Below, one piece after another: positions 14,001 through 28,899 of a DNA stretch of 64,000 bases. The DNA comes from Bugula neritina. Lineage: Eukaryota; Animalia; Bryozoa. Position 1 is the first letter of the stretch. Every line of letters starts with the position of its first letter. The notes beneath the pieces are model-generated. The model was given only the letters and a program-made list of their open reading frames with translations, did no database searches and was not told where the DNA came from. Location of the stretch: the NCBI GenBank assembly GCA_964035545.1, contig OZ037773.1, positions 3,005,751 to 3,069,750 of the forward strand, read 5' to 3'. A program made the translations under genes and the position numbers.

Positions 14001-14927
14001 TCTGAGGCAGTTGTGGTTGTTTCTAGTTTCTAGCCTCAGCTATTCAGGCGAACAGGTCACTGAGGGTAGTGGTAGCCGACTCCAACTACATCAGGAGAGA
14101 CATGGTTCTAGAACTCGTGTCGTCTGCTGTCAGTGGAAACTCGCTTGTGGAACTTTCGTTAGAGAATCAGGTAAAGATAACTCCCAACAGTGTGCAATGT
14201 CGATCTAACTATTGCCTGAAGCATATTATTGGTCTATTACTGCATTGTCACTAAAATGTTTATTATTGAAAAAGTAATTTTAATTATATATTATCCGTCG
14301 TTGAATTCAATAGAAACATATCATTGTCTATTAATAGGAGCATATTATTATCTAATGTTAGAGGCATCTAATGGTCTATCATTAAAAATATACTGTCTAT
14401 TGATAGAAAAATATCTATGAGAAATATATTGTCTATTAAAAGAAACCCATTTTACTGGGGGTGAAAGCAGAGCAAGAGATTGCTAAGATTATAGAAAGCA
14501 GTGAAACCATAGAGAAGCTTGGCATACAGTTTGAAACATTGAATGCTAGGATCAGGGTACAAGACAAACTACAGTCCAATTATGATAAAAGTAAGTTGTC
14601 ATGTAAACAACACAATTGATTTACTGTATAATGTAAAATTTTGTGGTGAAATGCATTGGAGTTATCTTCTCATTGAACTTGCACTTTCTTGATATTTATA
14701 AACTTCATTTCTTCATCTCACTTCCACATTGTTAGGAAATATTATTTACTTATGCCTATTGCATTGGCAAAGAGTTAGTATACTACTGGTTCAGTAGAAT
14801 TAGCTAAATTAATTTGTGATTCAGAGTTGTTTTCTCATGATCTGTACTTTTTTCAATAGTGGACAACTCCAAACAAAACTTTATTTTCACTACATTTTTA
14901 GGGCGCAAACAAAGAGCAGATATCTGA
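11012..14927 (+). CDS. TMOD: Tropomodulin
   Basis: Exons 11012-11155, 12104-12250, 12950-13088, 13348-13562, 13740-13847, 14027-14170, 14443-14590, 14902-14927, all in phase. Motifs DIDDLLAKLTPEEIEEL...DPDNSLLPPADRCKNQTTK, ATEEELVDLAAALGFH and the LRR segment PNSTDVDKSIERLTSNDASLTELNLNNIK. Confidence 0.95.
13133..13262. repeat. 21-bp minisatellite (GTGACATCAGCACATATTCTG, about 6 copies) in a tropomodulin intron
   Basis: Tandem units read directly; they explain the spurious repetitive ORF at 12852-13253. Confidence 0.85.
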
Positions 14928-15760
14928 GAGCCTAAAAGATTTTCAAGAAGCCTGAGTTTACTTTAAGCTATTCAGATGAAGCCGGGTGGGCTTGTGCTCT
15001 GCCTAATTTAGTAGCCTATAGTTTCGGTTTTTTCTATACATCAATTTATATTCTTCCTCTGCAATGTTAGCCTCTGCCCTTTAATATGAATATAGAGCTT
15101 CTGATGTGTGGATCCTCCCTGTATGTGTCAAATGATTGTAGTATTTTTCTAGGCATATGTTAGGTTCACAAGCCATATTTTAGAAAGCTTGTCTTGTTAT
15201 AGTAAACAATTGTATTTGTGTTGTTTTTGTTATTTTATTTATGGACACCAGAAACTTGTAATGAATGTAATCTTCTATAATAATTTATTTTTTATTGTGG
15301 GTTATTAATTTTTTAACCTCCTGTATAGCCGCATAGTAGAAGTCTGTCAGCTCTAATGGGTTGAGGATCATTCATAATGTTTTGTCTGACCAACTGTCTT
15401 ATTTCTGCACCAATCCAACACTTTTAGTATATTGAAGAAAATCATGCAATTTTAGGAACTATTTTACGTGCAAGTTGCTTATAATATGTAGTGGCATAAG
15501 TCAATTTATCTTCAATCCTGTAAATTTATTTTATTATAGCTGTAAAATTATTTATCAAAAATCATTGCATAGCTTCAATAAATGTCTGTTTTAAAGAAAA
15601 TTGTGCTTTTGTTTAAAAATGACTAGATATGTTGAAACAGAGATTAGAATTTTCGAATCATTGCAAAAACATACATTAATAGATTAGAGATTTGAGGTTA
15701 TTTTGGAAATAGACTAACTGAACATTTTGGCTAAGCGCTGGCTCTGGCATGCTGTGTCCT

Positions 15761-17476
<1,716 letters not shown>

Positions 17477-17529
17477 TTTATTGGTACGAGTGTAGCAGAT
17501 AGAGATACTCAGATAGAAAATAAAGCTCA

Positions 17530-17830
17530 TAAAAATTTGTCACGGGAACTGATTGGACACGTGTAAAGTTGATGCGCTGTTTTGTCCCTAACCTTAGTTT
17601 TACTTACATATTTTCATAATTATATGCGGTGGGCACCGAGATTAGCACCAACATCATAACGCGGGAAATCGCTCGTTTTAAATACTGGTTATATGCATGA
17701 GCGATGGTGCGGTAAATTAAAGATATTTTTATCAGTTTGAAACTAATTAAGTTGTAAAACTAAATGGTACAATTACTATTAGTATTAGCAACCATTTGTT
17801 GTAGTGGTTAGCACGAAACTTGAGAAAACC
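17530..17830. promoter_or_regulatory. Probable bidirectional NENF/EXO1 promoter
   Basis: Locally CpG-containing segment between divergent genes. ATTGG (reverse CCAAT) 17552-17556, E-box CACGTG 17558-17563, E2F-type GCGGGAAA 17661-17668, CHR-type TTTAAA 17677-17682 and TTTGAA 17736-17741. Confidence 0.55.
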
Positions 17831-17889
17831 ATGCGTTTTTATTTGACAGTCTATTTTAAATAACTTGATTATAATTTTATTTCCTCTGA

Positions 17890-18500
17890 TTCTTGAATCT
17901 TACTTTTACTTTTACTTTTAGTTTTAGTTTTACTTTAACTTTTAGTTTTACTTTAGGTTTCTGGTAATTCTTATACTAAGCCTGATACTGATAGTAATAT
18001 TAATAGTAATATTTATGCTTATAGACTTATACTTATACAGTTATACTTATACTTATAGTAATCTTATAGTTAATCACTTAATGTTATACTCCCACCGTCC
18101 ACCGTCTCGCACAATGACACTCTGAGTTAGCTGTTGTTCTTCCTTAGACATTTAGTTTTAGTTTTACTTTTAGTTTTAGTTTTACAATGTGAATGTCATA
18201 CTCATAGTCATAGTCATAGTGATACTGACTCAGTTACTGTGAGACTGAGTGTCAGTGTCACTCACATGATGATGACGCTTACACTGAAAGTGAATGTCAC
18301 AGTGACACTGAGTCTGACAGTGACTGTGTGCGTGACCGTCTCAGAATCGAAATGAGGATCAGAATGAGTCTGAGCCACTCTGACTCACACTCACAGCCTC
18401 ACTCTGACAGTGGCTTAGGCAAACATCACAAATAAAATATTGAAAGTAAACTCTTTTGCACCAAATTAACTAAATTGACTGTAACTGTAAGTTAGTTACA
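17890..18500. repeat. 6-bp periodic NWN-A[C/G]T tract upstream of the EXO1 coding start
   Basis: tttact tttact ttttagt; catact catagt catagt catagt gatact; cacagt gacact gagtct gacagt. Confidence 0.8.
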
Positions 18501-19288
18501 AATATTTATATTGAAATAACTTCAAGTTTAAGTCAAGTGGCAGGTGATTAAAAATGAGTTTTAGTTTAACAACAACTGATGTCAAACTTATATTAATATA
18601 TTATAGGATAAGATGGTTACAACTTACAATTATCATAAACTTTAACAAAAATAAAGTTGAACAACAAATAGTAGTAATGATAACATTATGATATCGATTG
18701 TATAATTCATCAGTTATACTTATTATTATAATAGTAATAATATTAATTTTTTACTTATTATGATTATCATCATGATCACCATTGTAAATAAATAATTATT
18801 ATGATTGCAAATGATAATCATAATCATAATGAGGTAACCAGTTATTGTTACACCTAATCAGTAATCACTTGAGTTAATGCTTGGCTAATCATCATCAAGG
18901 CATTATCACAATTATTATTTTTAATTCATCACATATAATTATCGATGATTATTTATGAGTAAATAATAATCGTTAATTATGTTCAAAGTTCATGTTCATT
19001 AATTTGATCAAAGTAACTTTCAAAGGACATTCACAATATATTATTCATCAATATTATGCTTAGACATTTTTCAAATTCATAAATCACCGTTTCGTGGTAA
19101 TAGACCGTAAGTGATCATTGCATGTGGTTATAGATATTAAACTTTCTTTTAAAATAGTTATTAAAAAGAGTTGATGAACTATTTTAAAAACAAAATGTAC
19201 TGGTAAGTATTATAATCATTATGCACAAATCAAAGCTATAATTTACATTCTGCTTGTCATTGTTCTAATCTCAGGTTAATAACCAAAT

Positions 19289-22200
19289 ATGGGCATTAAA
19301 GGACTTCTTCAAATGCTGAAGGAGCAGCAAGAAATTGTTAATCTCAAGTCTTTCAGAGGTTGCACTGCAGCTGTTGATGTTTACTGCTGGTTGCATAAAG
19401 CTGTGTATGGCTGCGTAGAGCAAATAGCTATTGCAGGGAATGACCAGGGACAGTAAGTGTGCAACTGCATTTTGTTAAGTGGGACCTTAAGAACACCTGA
19501 TCAAACATTTTAGCGATTTTAATTGAAATTAGACATTAGCATTTTTGCCTATCTGCTAAGCTGATGGAAAGTGTAAAGTTTATTTGGAAAGCAATAATAG
19601 ATCACTAAAATTAAGAATTTTTTGCTGTGAAACTGGTATAGACTGATTTTACTACTCTCCAATGTTGTGTTATAATATTATGGTCTCAGCTATATTTTTG
19701 CTGTTGCATAGTCAAAGCTTAACAATGGAAGTTTATGGCTACACCCATACTGGCTGTGTTAAAATATAATTTGTAAAACAGTACAGCAAAGAGCTAAATG
19801 GCTATAAAAATTGTACATTTGTAGGTATATTGCTTACTGTGAAAGATATTGGAATACTTTGAAAAAATTTGGCATAAAGCCAATTCTTGTGTTTGATGGT
19901 CAAAATTTGCCAGCCAAGTCTCACACGGAAAAGGAGCGCAGAGAGTAAGTTGATAGGATACTATATAATCACAACCACCAATAGTATGTGACCATATAAT
20001 CACACCGACCAGTAGTATGTTACTATGAAAGCGTACTCACTATTGTTTAGTTACCATAAAATCACAGTGACACTAGCGCTAGCAAGATTTAAGTTTTATC
20101 ACTGTGAACATTTGCACAGACAGAAGACTAACTCTGGTGGAGCTTTGTACATTACATGCTCCTTTGATATCGGGCATAGGTTTATGGTTTTATCATAGAT
20201 TGTACTTAAGGAATCACTTATGTTGGGTCCTCAAAACCTAAAAAGCTTATTAAAAAAATTGGCTCTGGTATTCTATATTAAAGTTCTAACAGATAACTTA
20301 TTACCCTGGAGATTTGCTCATACTTATGTCAATCTATAGGAGAAGAAAAGCCAACAGGGATAAGGCGAATTCACTGCTAGCTGAAGGCAAGAGATCTGAA
20401 GCCCGACAGTATTTCGAGAGGTGCATAGACATCACCCCTCAAATGGCACACAAAGTCATCGTGGTATGTTGAGTCCTAGATTCTCCTTCACATCTCAATT
20501 ATGTTTATCAATCTAATGAAAAGCAGTTATTTGTTGATCTTATTTTCACCTGTCAAAAGTTGCCAGTTATACCGTGCAGATCAGTAACTAGTAACCGACT
20601 TCAGCTCTGTATCATTCCGTTAGTGTTGCTGTTTGAGTTGAGTTTGGTTGTCATGGTTACTGCTGTAGGCGGCTGTATCGCAGGGAATCGACTGCATTGT
20701 TGCTCCATATGAAGCAGATGCTCAGCTGGCTTACCTCAGTTTGTCGGGCACAGCCCAGCTTATCATCTCAGAAGACAGTGATCTCTTATGTTTTGGTTGT
20801 GAAAGGGTAGCTATACATTGAGTTACATTCATGATCACATGATCCAATCAATTAGCATGTATTAGTTTATTTTAATTGAGTAGTTCATTAAAGCTACATG
20901 TACACAGGCCGATTTTTCATGAAAATCGGCCGATAAACTGTTAGCGATTTTTTAGGATTTTTGAAAAATCGGCGATTTTTGCTTTTGGCCGATTTTTGAA
21001 GCGATTTTCAAAATTGAACATGTTCAATTTTTCGCCGATTTTCTGTGGAACCAGCCAATCAAAAGGTGGCAGAAAATTATGATAGCGAGCAAGGTTAACA
21101 CCATTGTTGAAATTACAACCAGGAAGTAATTAATACGTTGCTATCACTACGATACATCATATATAAAATACAAATAACTAAAATAACTATCAATAGCAGT
21201 AGTAGCAATAATAACAACGCATTGGTTGTTGTGTAACTTTGAGAAAGTTAGTTTCACTTCCGTGGAAACTCATTAAATTTTGCTCTTTTTTAAAAAGACA
21301 AATATTATTATTCTTAACTTTTACTCATGTAAAATATAATTTATAACTTGTAGTTTATAGGTTGTTGTTTTTATATTCATGTAACCAGTATTAGTATGAG
21401 ATTGAGCATCTCAACTTCACGATTTAAATATTTTCTTAGAGAGAAGATTTGCCGTGCTCTACAGTTTTCATTACCTGTATAAACAATAACGCTTGAGTTA
21501 AACTTCTAGTTTTAAACTAAATAGCTTAAAAAATCGATAAGTGATGTTAATAGTGTAGCTTAGTGATTTATGGATAATTATAGATAATAAATATGGTTAA
21601 ATAGAAAGCTACCAAGCCAGCTATTTGCTTTTTGAATTAATACTAAAATTAGTGATAAGTTTTTACGCAATTTTCAAATGCAGCAAGCTGCTAACAAATT
21701 ATACGCGGCCAGTTTACTTTATTCCTTTTTTATTTATCAGAATAAACATATTGCTTTTTTAAATAGAGCGCTGGTATTATTCTTAACTTTCATTTATAAT
21801 ATAATTTATAACTTGTTGTTTTACTTTTTATATTCATGTAACCAGTATCAGCATCTTAACTTTACAGTTTAAATTTTTGTTGACAGTTTCTAGCCATTTC
21901 ACTTGTGAAAATAACGTATATAAAATGCCGATGTATGTTTACTATGCTAATGCACATGCAACTAATCTTGACCTTTGCGTATGAACCTAAAAGAAAGTTA
22001 TATAGACCGAGAACCATCTGCCAGTAAAACAAAAGCAGGAAAATAACGCGGGAAATAAAATCGCCTAGAAAATCGGCTGATTTTTCAATCAGCAATAGCG
22101 AAATCTACAAGCACAAAATCGGCTGAAAAAATCGACCTGTGTACATGTAGCTTAAGACAATAATTTCTAAGTTTTCTGTTGTCAAGTATTATTTTATTCT

Positions 22201-25200
22201 CAGTAAAGCTTAAAACTCAAAGATTTTAACCGTCATGGTGTTTTGCACACTCTGGGAATAATATACTTCACCATGTAGAAATACAGCGCTGTGCAGATAA
22301 ATGACCATTTTTATCTCTACCTGAGAAATTCCTACATACTTGTTGCATTTTTATAACATGAACCTTATTTTTCTGTTGTACATGCCTTTGTGCTAAGTAT
22401 AGTAGATGAATATCATGTTTTTCAGTGGTTTACTGTTTTGACGCTTCTGTAGTTTTTATTGCAAATTGATTTCTAACTGTTTATCAATATAGTTCCCATC
22501 TTTTGAGAGTTTATACTGAAAACAAATTCAGTATCACATGTACGCAGCTCATGTATTTCTCTAGATCCTGTTCAAGATGGATCTGAACGGTAACGGAATA
22601 CTGCAAGAGCGTTCTAGTGTACTGGAACACAAGGCTTTCCGTAAAAGGTTTACTATGGACCATTTTGTCATGATGTGCATACTGTCGGGCTGTGACTACC
22701 TCCCGTCTCTACCCGGCATTGGCCTGGCTAAGGCTACAAAGTTCATGTCTCAGAGTTACAACTCTACTGATATTTCCAGTGTATGTTTTGACCAACTTTA
22801 TTATCCAGCTTCAGCAACAATATCATTTAAAATGCCCTGTAAAGTGCGGTTACATTGGCCATCTCTGTGTCAACTGCTGTGTGTTGTGAACAGTCAGTGA
22901 TCTGAGTAGTATGCTCTCAGTTTTTATTTTATATCAATAAATTGACTCTTTGCTAAAAGAAAGTTATAATATGAAAAAGAGTATGTAGCCCAACTGTTAT
23001 TCTGTGAAGTCTACAGAGAATAATAATGATTTTCTAATGTTGCCTCGTGTATGACGCAATGCTGGCTGTTTGTAGATGCTAAGAAGACTTCCTCTCTCCG
23101 TCAAACTGCCCTCTGGAGTGATTACAGATGAATATATTCAACAGTTCACCAATGCTGTGGTGACATTCAAGCATCAGGTTGTGTTTAACCCCAAAACCAG
23201 GAAACGTCAACCTCTGACACCTGTCACAGACACCTGTTGTGGTATTCAAGGGCATCCTCAAGACATGACATTTGCCGGCAGGTAGTTGTTGGACAACCAT
23301 TTTAAGTGATGACAAATAAAATGAATTATTTATTGGTTTTGAGTTGAATCTGCTTCCATTGCCTTATTTTTTTCTAACTAACGCAGCTTCATTATAGCAG
23401 TTTCTAAATACACGACTATAATTTCCTGATACTCACAGTTAGTGCTCAGATCTGTTCGCAATTTGCGTTATTGTCTGCAGGTTTTACCCGGCTGACCAGG
23501 CGCTGCAGATGGCACTCGGTAACACTGACCTGCGCACAATGGAGACCCTTTTACCTGAGATAGACCCTGACCTTCTACTTTCTAGAGAAAATGTAAAAAT
23601 GTAAATCTAGCATTTGCTCTTCCTTTAGCTTTGTCTGTCTGTACGCCAGTCTTATCTCTGTTTAAATATCATTTCCTGTTTTAGCGCTAAAAGCAACCAT
23701 TCGACAGACCATTCCTTGTTGTAAATCATTGTTTGAGAAAGCATGTGAGTTAGGGAAGTTGTTAAACCTCATACTGTACACAGAAAGCTTTATATAAGTG
23801 GTTGCTATGGTAACTGTTGGCTAGACAAGAAACTCTCGCCTTTTTCTGTATGCTAGTTTTACATATGCTACTCCTGCACATGAGTTACCTAACTGAAGAT
23901 GTTTTTTAACAATATCAGCCAGCCAATATTTTTGTTTTGCGTTTGCTCAATATATCTGTAGTGAAGCTATGTGTGCTGTATTCAACTGTTTTATATACTC
24001 ATTACAAATGTGTGTAGATGATAGCATCATTGCTCTTGTTAGGAGTTTTGTTCTCCTACATGATACACATTTGCCTGCGAGTTGTAAGGGTGTACAACCA
24101 TGAAATAGACTGAGTGAATCTTAAATACTTTGAGATAATCTATTTTGGCTACAGCTTTTTACTACAAAAAATTATTATGCACAGTTTGTGTGTTCATCAA
24201 AAGTTATCTACTGGCCTATCAGTATGAACTATGTTCTGCCTTGTTTGGCTAGGGTAAACTGAGTATATGGCATCCTGAGTATAAACCAAAGGGAGAGTGG
24301 AGCAGGGGAGATAATCGCTCTGTTGACAAGGTTGAACATACCAGCAGAGAGGCTTGTGTTCTTATTCCAACTACGAGAATCGCAAGAAAACGAGCACTCA
24401 GTCAGACGGAGTCTCAAGGTATTTCCTGTGTCATGTTTGTTTCCTGTGTTGAGTTTATTTTTACGTCACATTCAGCTTGAGTATATGTTTTAGAAAATTT
24501 TGCCAAGTTCAAGGAAACACCATAGCAAATGCTTTTGTAACAATTCTAAATGTATAGAATTGGTTGCTATATATAAAATTAATTGCTATATATAGAATTA
24601 GTTCAAAAAACTATTTTTAAAACTATTTTGTAGGCTAGCGTCACATCATGTCCGATTTTTAAAAGCTTTCTAAGACTTTGTAGATTTGTCTTGATTGAAG
24701 TTGTTTTGTTCCCAGGCTTACTGATTTTGACTCCCATTTGGTTGGTTTTACAGAATCTGCTACAGACATATCTCAGAATAGCCAACTCTCTCAGTCCAGT
24801 CAACAAGAGAGTCTTTCAACTGTACAAGTTATCAATAAAGTAGATTATTCAGCATATTTGTAAATGGGATTTTAGCTTACTATTTCTACCACTAACAGTT
24901 TATATTGGTCGTTTTCTATAACACATCATTAGCCATAAACTGCTAAATATTTAAATATTAACACTCTTGAGTCTCAATGAATTTCAATAATTTGATTTCT
25001 TCCTCATTGCTATGAAAAAAAAACATAAGAAGAATTTTTTTAACTTTCTGTTGAACCAACACGACCAGCTTCATATACCAGACGCGTCTATTAAAATAAA
25101 GTTATAATTTTGGTGTCCAGACCAGTCAAAGTTGCTCTTTTCTAACGAATGTAGCGTGACTAGTGCTAGTCTAGAAGTATTGTAACTGTTTCTATTTTCT

Positions 25201-28200
25201 CTCCTTTTATTCAATCGAATAGGTTATGAAAATGGAGAGTCAAGAATTAGGTAATTCTGACAATGAAGAAGGCGTTGAAAATGAGATTCAAGATTTTCTG
25301 ACAGGTTCGAAGTTTGCACACGTAGATAAATAACTATGCATGTGTAATATAAATACATGTAGATGCACAATCCTTCATGCTTCTTCCTGCCTAAGGAAAG
25401 GTTGTTGAATGTTGTCTGCTCTACATACCGAGTACATGTCAACCTATTCTGATCTCGCAGGACCCGCAGATCCCCCCAAACCTCAAACAAGTAGCTTTGC
25501 CAGAGATAAGTTGAGGAATCTTTACCATGAAGAGCAGAGCATGGGACAGGAGCTGACAGTGAAAAGCAGGTAATACTATTAGTTCTGGTGGTAGCGATGT
25601 GGTAGTGGTAGTAATGGTGGTGGCGGTAGTAGTACTGGTGGTGGTGGCGGTAGTAGTAGTAGTAGTAGTAGCAGCAGTAGTGGTAGTAGTAGTGGTGGTA
25701 GTACTGGTAGTGGTAGTAGTAGTGGTAGTAGCGGTAGTGGTAGTAGTAGCAGTAGTGGTAGTAGTAGTAGTGGTGGTGGTTGTAGTACTGGTGGTGGTGG
25801 CGGTAGTAGTAGCAGTAGTAGTAGTACTGGTAATAGTAGCAGTAGTGGTAGTAGTACTGGTAGTAGTACTAGTAGTAGTAGTAGTATTAGTGGTATTAGT
25901 AATAGTAGTGGTAGTAGTACTGGTAGTGGTGGTGGTACTGGTAGTAGTACTAGTGGTAGTAGTAGTGTTAGTAGTAGTAGTAGTATTGGTAACAGTAGCA
26001 GAAATGGGTGAGGTAATTGTGTTGAAGCAGTATTTTTACTGTTTCTATATTTACAGGTTTTTCAGCAAAGGCAGCGAGCTAGTTGACTCTCCCAGACGCT
26101 CTCAGTCTCACTCACTCTCTCAGTCTCACTCACTCTCTCAGTCTCACTCACTCTCTCAGTCTCACTCACTCTCTCAGTCACAGGACGTTGTCTTGCAAGA
26201 ACCTCTCAAAAACACGCCCACTTCACCCTACAAGTCAAACTTACTCAAAGTCTTAGAGGATAATGTTGAGACGAAACCCTCTCCCCAGGTCTGTATGTTA
26301 TAAAAATCTCCCTGTAACCAAGTAATGTCGCAGTTCTTCTACTTACTGTCACCTTGACAGGCGAGTCACTCTTGCAGTGTTGAGCCAGTTATGTCATAAG
26401 GTGAAGTGTTATACTAGACCGTGAAGTGGTTTTTGAGGACCCACTTTTCAACGGCTGTTGTTTGATGAGCCATACAAGCACCTGTAATCACATGTTAGGT
26501 CTGAGACAGCGAAACCTTGACTGCCTCCTTGTCACTTTACTCATCTCACTCCGTACTTGTAGTCGAGGGCATTTCGCTGGTCCAAGTCCTCTCTTCATAG
26601 CATCGATGCTATGAAAGAAACGAAATCTCCAAACCTACAGTTCAAGTCTCCATTGCTTAAGTCAAAACTTGTGCAACAGCTGCAGCAGTCACCAGCTAGG
26701 TATATATTAGTCAGCTAGGTGTGTATATTAGTCAGCTAGGTGTATATTAGTCAGCTAGGTGTATATTAGTCAGCTAGGTGTATATTAGTCAGCTAGGTAT
26801 ATATATTAGTCAGCTAGGTGTGTATTAGTCAGCTAGGTGTATATATTAGTCAGCTAGGTGTATATATTAGTCAGCTAGGTATATATATTAGTCAGCTAGG
26901 TATATATATTAGTCAGCTAGGTGTATATATTAGTCAGCTAGGTATATATATTAGTCAGCTAGGTGTGTATATTAGTCAGCTAGGTGTATATTAGTCAGCT
27001 AGGTGTGTATTAGTCAGCTAGGTATATATTAGTCAGCTAGGTGTGTATTAGTCAGCTAGGTGTGTATTTATTGATAGTAATTTATGTCACATTATTCAGT
27101 GAAGACACAGCAGACAAGCTTCCAGTCGCTGACTCTAGTGGTCTGACAGCAGGAACACCACTCAGTGCGCACCTTTCAGCCAACTCCACCAACAGCAGCA
27201 GCAGTTCACAGGCTAGCGCCGTTAATGGCAACTCTTCTAATCCGTTCAAGAAGAGCAACACCTCCACTCCCTCAGCTACACCAACCCCTGTGTTCGGAAA
27301 GTGTGTTCAGGAGATTGCAACTCCTAAAGAAGACAACTCTAAAGATGTGTTTTCCATGTCGCCTCTCAGCAGAATTGGTGAGTTGAATTAATTCATGTTT
27401 GGAGGTGGTAATTTGTACATTGTTTGGTGAGAAGGTAAGGTTGGTGTTTGGGGTCGAAATGTTTCATGCTGAAGCTTATAAAAAATTTTGCAATAATTCT
27501 TGACATCCATAAACACAAACTGCTAAACTCTAAACTTTATTACTGTTGACCAAATATGAGATATGATGAATTTCCTTTCGATCATGGTCTACTCTATGAC
27601 TTCCTCATATTAATAAATAACATGTAATCCAATCACATTTTAGGGAAATTTTAGTAAATATTGAATTTGATTTTCCTATTTGGGATAAAATTAGAACATT
27701 GCTGTAAGGTAACATTTGATGCTTTATTTGAATATTTCATTCTGCAGGTAAAAGTCCCTCATCTAAGGAGAAGTTGTTAACAACTCAAAAACTGACAAAG
27801 TATCAGACGTCGAAGAGAAAATCACTGCTGGGCAGTATCACTGGGAACAAGGATCTGGAAATGGAAACTGCTGATGCAATGGCTTCAGAGGAACAGCTCA
27901 ACAAGGTACCTTTGTTTGTGATACAGATTGTTCAATTTAATGTCGAATTGCAATTGTTTGTGTTGTAGCTGTTTCATGGTAAATTACTTTATTCAACCCA
28001 ATTAGGAGAAAAAATGATCCATGGCAAATTTAGGTATTATGACTTAGTTTTGCCTGTGTATGTTAGTAGCTGCATGCCTTTTCATTTCTTTGAATGTAAT
28101 ATTATAGTTACAGTAATTTGTTCGATGTCTCCCATATAGGCCACAACAGAAACCTCCCACACCTCAGATTTGTTGTCTCCACCAAATGCTAGAAGACCAG

Positions 28201-28469
28201 GTGAACAAAAAACCCTGTCCAACAGTTTCCAGTCAAATAAAATTGCGATGTCCGATTCCCCCACCAAGTCTGGATCAACTAAATTCTACAACACTGTGCC
28301 AGTGACCAGCAAGGAAGTGGCAGTGGCTATTTCAAACTCTCAAGGGTCTAAATCGGAAATCAGCGAAGTAGTTGGAACATCGTGCAAGGTGGAACACTTG
28401 AGAGATAGTAAAGAGAACAAAAGATCTGCCATCAGCAATTTTTTAGCTCAATTTAAACGTGTAAAGTGA
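19289..28469 (+). CDS. EXO1: Exonuclease 1 (XPG/FEN1 family)
   Basis: Nuclease exons 19289-19452, 19825-19944, 20340-20463, 20669-20806, 22565-22780, 23076-23281, 23481-about 23592 with [38 protein letters not shown] and [20 protein letters not shown]. The C-terminal exons are less certain (about 24253-24418, 24754-24821, 25223-25304, 25461-25569, 26058-26288, 26563-26699, 27100-27378, 27748-27905, 28140-28469) and include SIW and a spliced KSRFF MIP-box-like motif. Confidence 0.93.
20892..22152. mobile_element. Non-autonomous PIF/Harbinger-like DNA transposon in EXO1 intron 4
   Basis: About 26-bp TIR AGCTACATGTACACAGG[C/T]CGATTTTT at both ends; TAA duplicated at 20889-20891 and 22153-22155; subterminal CGATTTT/AAAATCG motifs; no transposase ORF. 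Confidence 0.85.
25585..26000. repeat. (GTA/GTG)n trinucleotide microsatellite in an EXO1 intron
   Basis: Read directly; it produces the spurious poly-Val ORF 25599-26303. Confidence 0.95.
26100..26183 (+). repeat. Coding 18-bp tandem repeat (SQSHSL x4 plus SQSQ) inside an EXO1 exon
   Basis: TCTCAGTCTCACTCACTC repeated in frame. Confidence 0.85.
26688..27065. repeat. 20-24 bp minisatellite (TATTAGTCAGCTAGGT[G/A]TA) starting at an EXO1 exon/intron junction
   Basis: About 17 copies read directly. Confidence 0.95.
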
Positions 28470-28899
28470 GTTTACTAATTTTGTCCAGCTTTTTCAAAAT
28501 ATACCATAAATTAGTAACATTTGATGGATCTATAAACCTGCTGGTTTCAATTCGTAGACCTTAATTAGACTGAATGAAAGTAATGTGTGAAAAATTTGCC
28601 ATTATATTTTAGTTTCGAACTGAATATACAGTAGGCCCATCGTCTATGTATGCTATCTTTCCATCATTTTATTATATAGTACATCATTAGTTTGTGTGAA
28701 ATCATTATGTTGCAGACCAGGTAAAGTCAAGGCACCTCCTAATGCTCCATCCAACAGCATCATAGATCTCACTTGACAGCTCTGTCAGCAGAAGGGCAGC
28801 TTTGAAAACACATTGTAGTCATTCAGATTTAAGTGTATATTTATTTTATTTTTACAATTTATACAATAAAATATAAAAGTACTTCTAATTAATGTGTGT

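Noticed and set aside
18134-18355. ORFs with alternating residues (HSHSHSDTDS, ITITIS) here and at 32075-32260, 33200-33504 and 57969-58226
   Set aside because: By-products of the 6-bp periodic tracts, not plausible proteins.
25599-26057. Poly-valine ORF
   Set aside because: Translation of an intronic (GTA/GTG)n microsatellite; only the part from 26058 is a real EXO1 exon.
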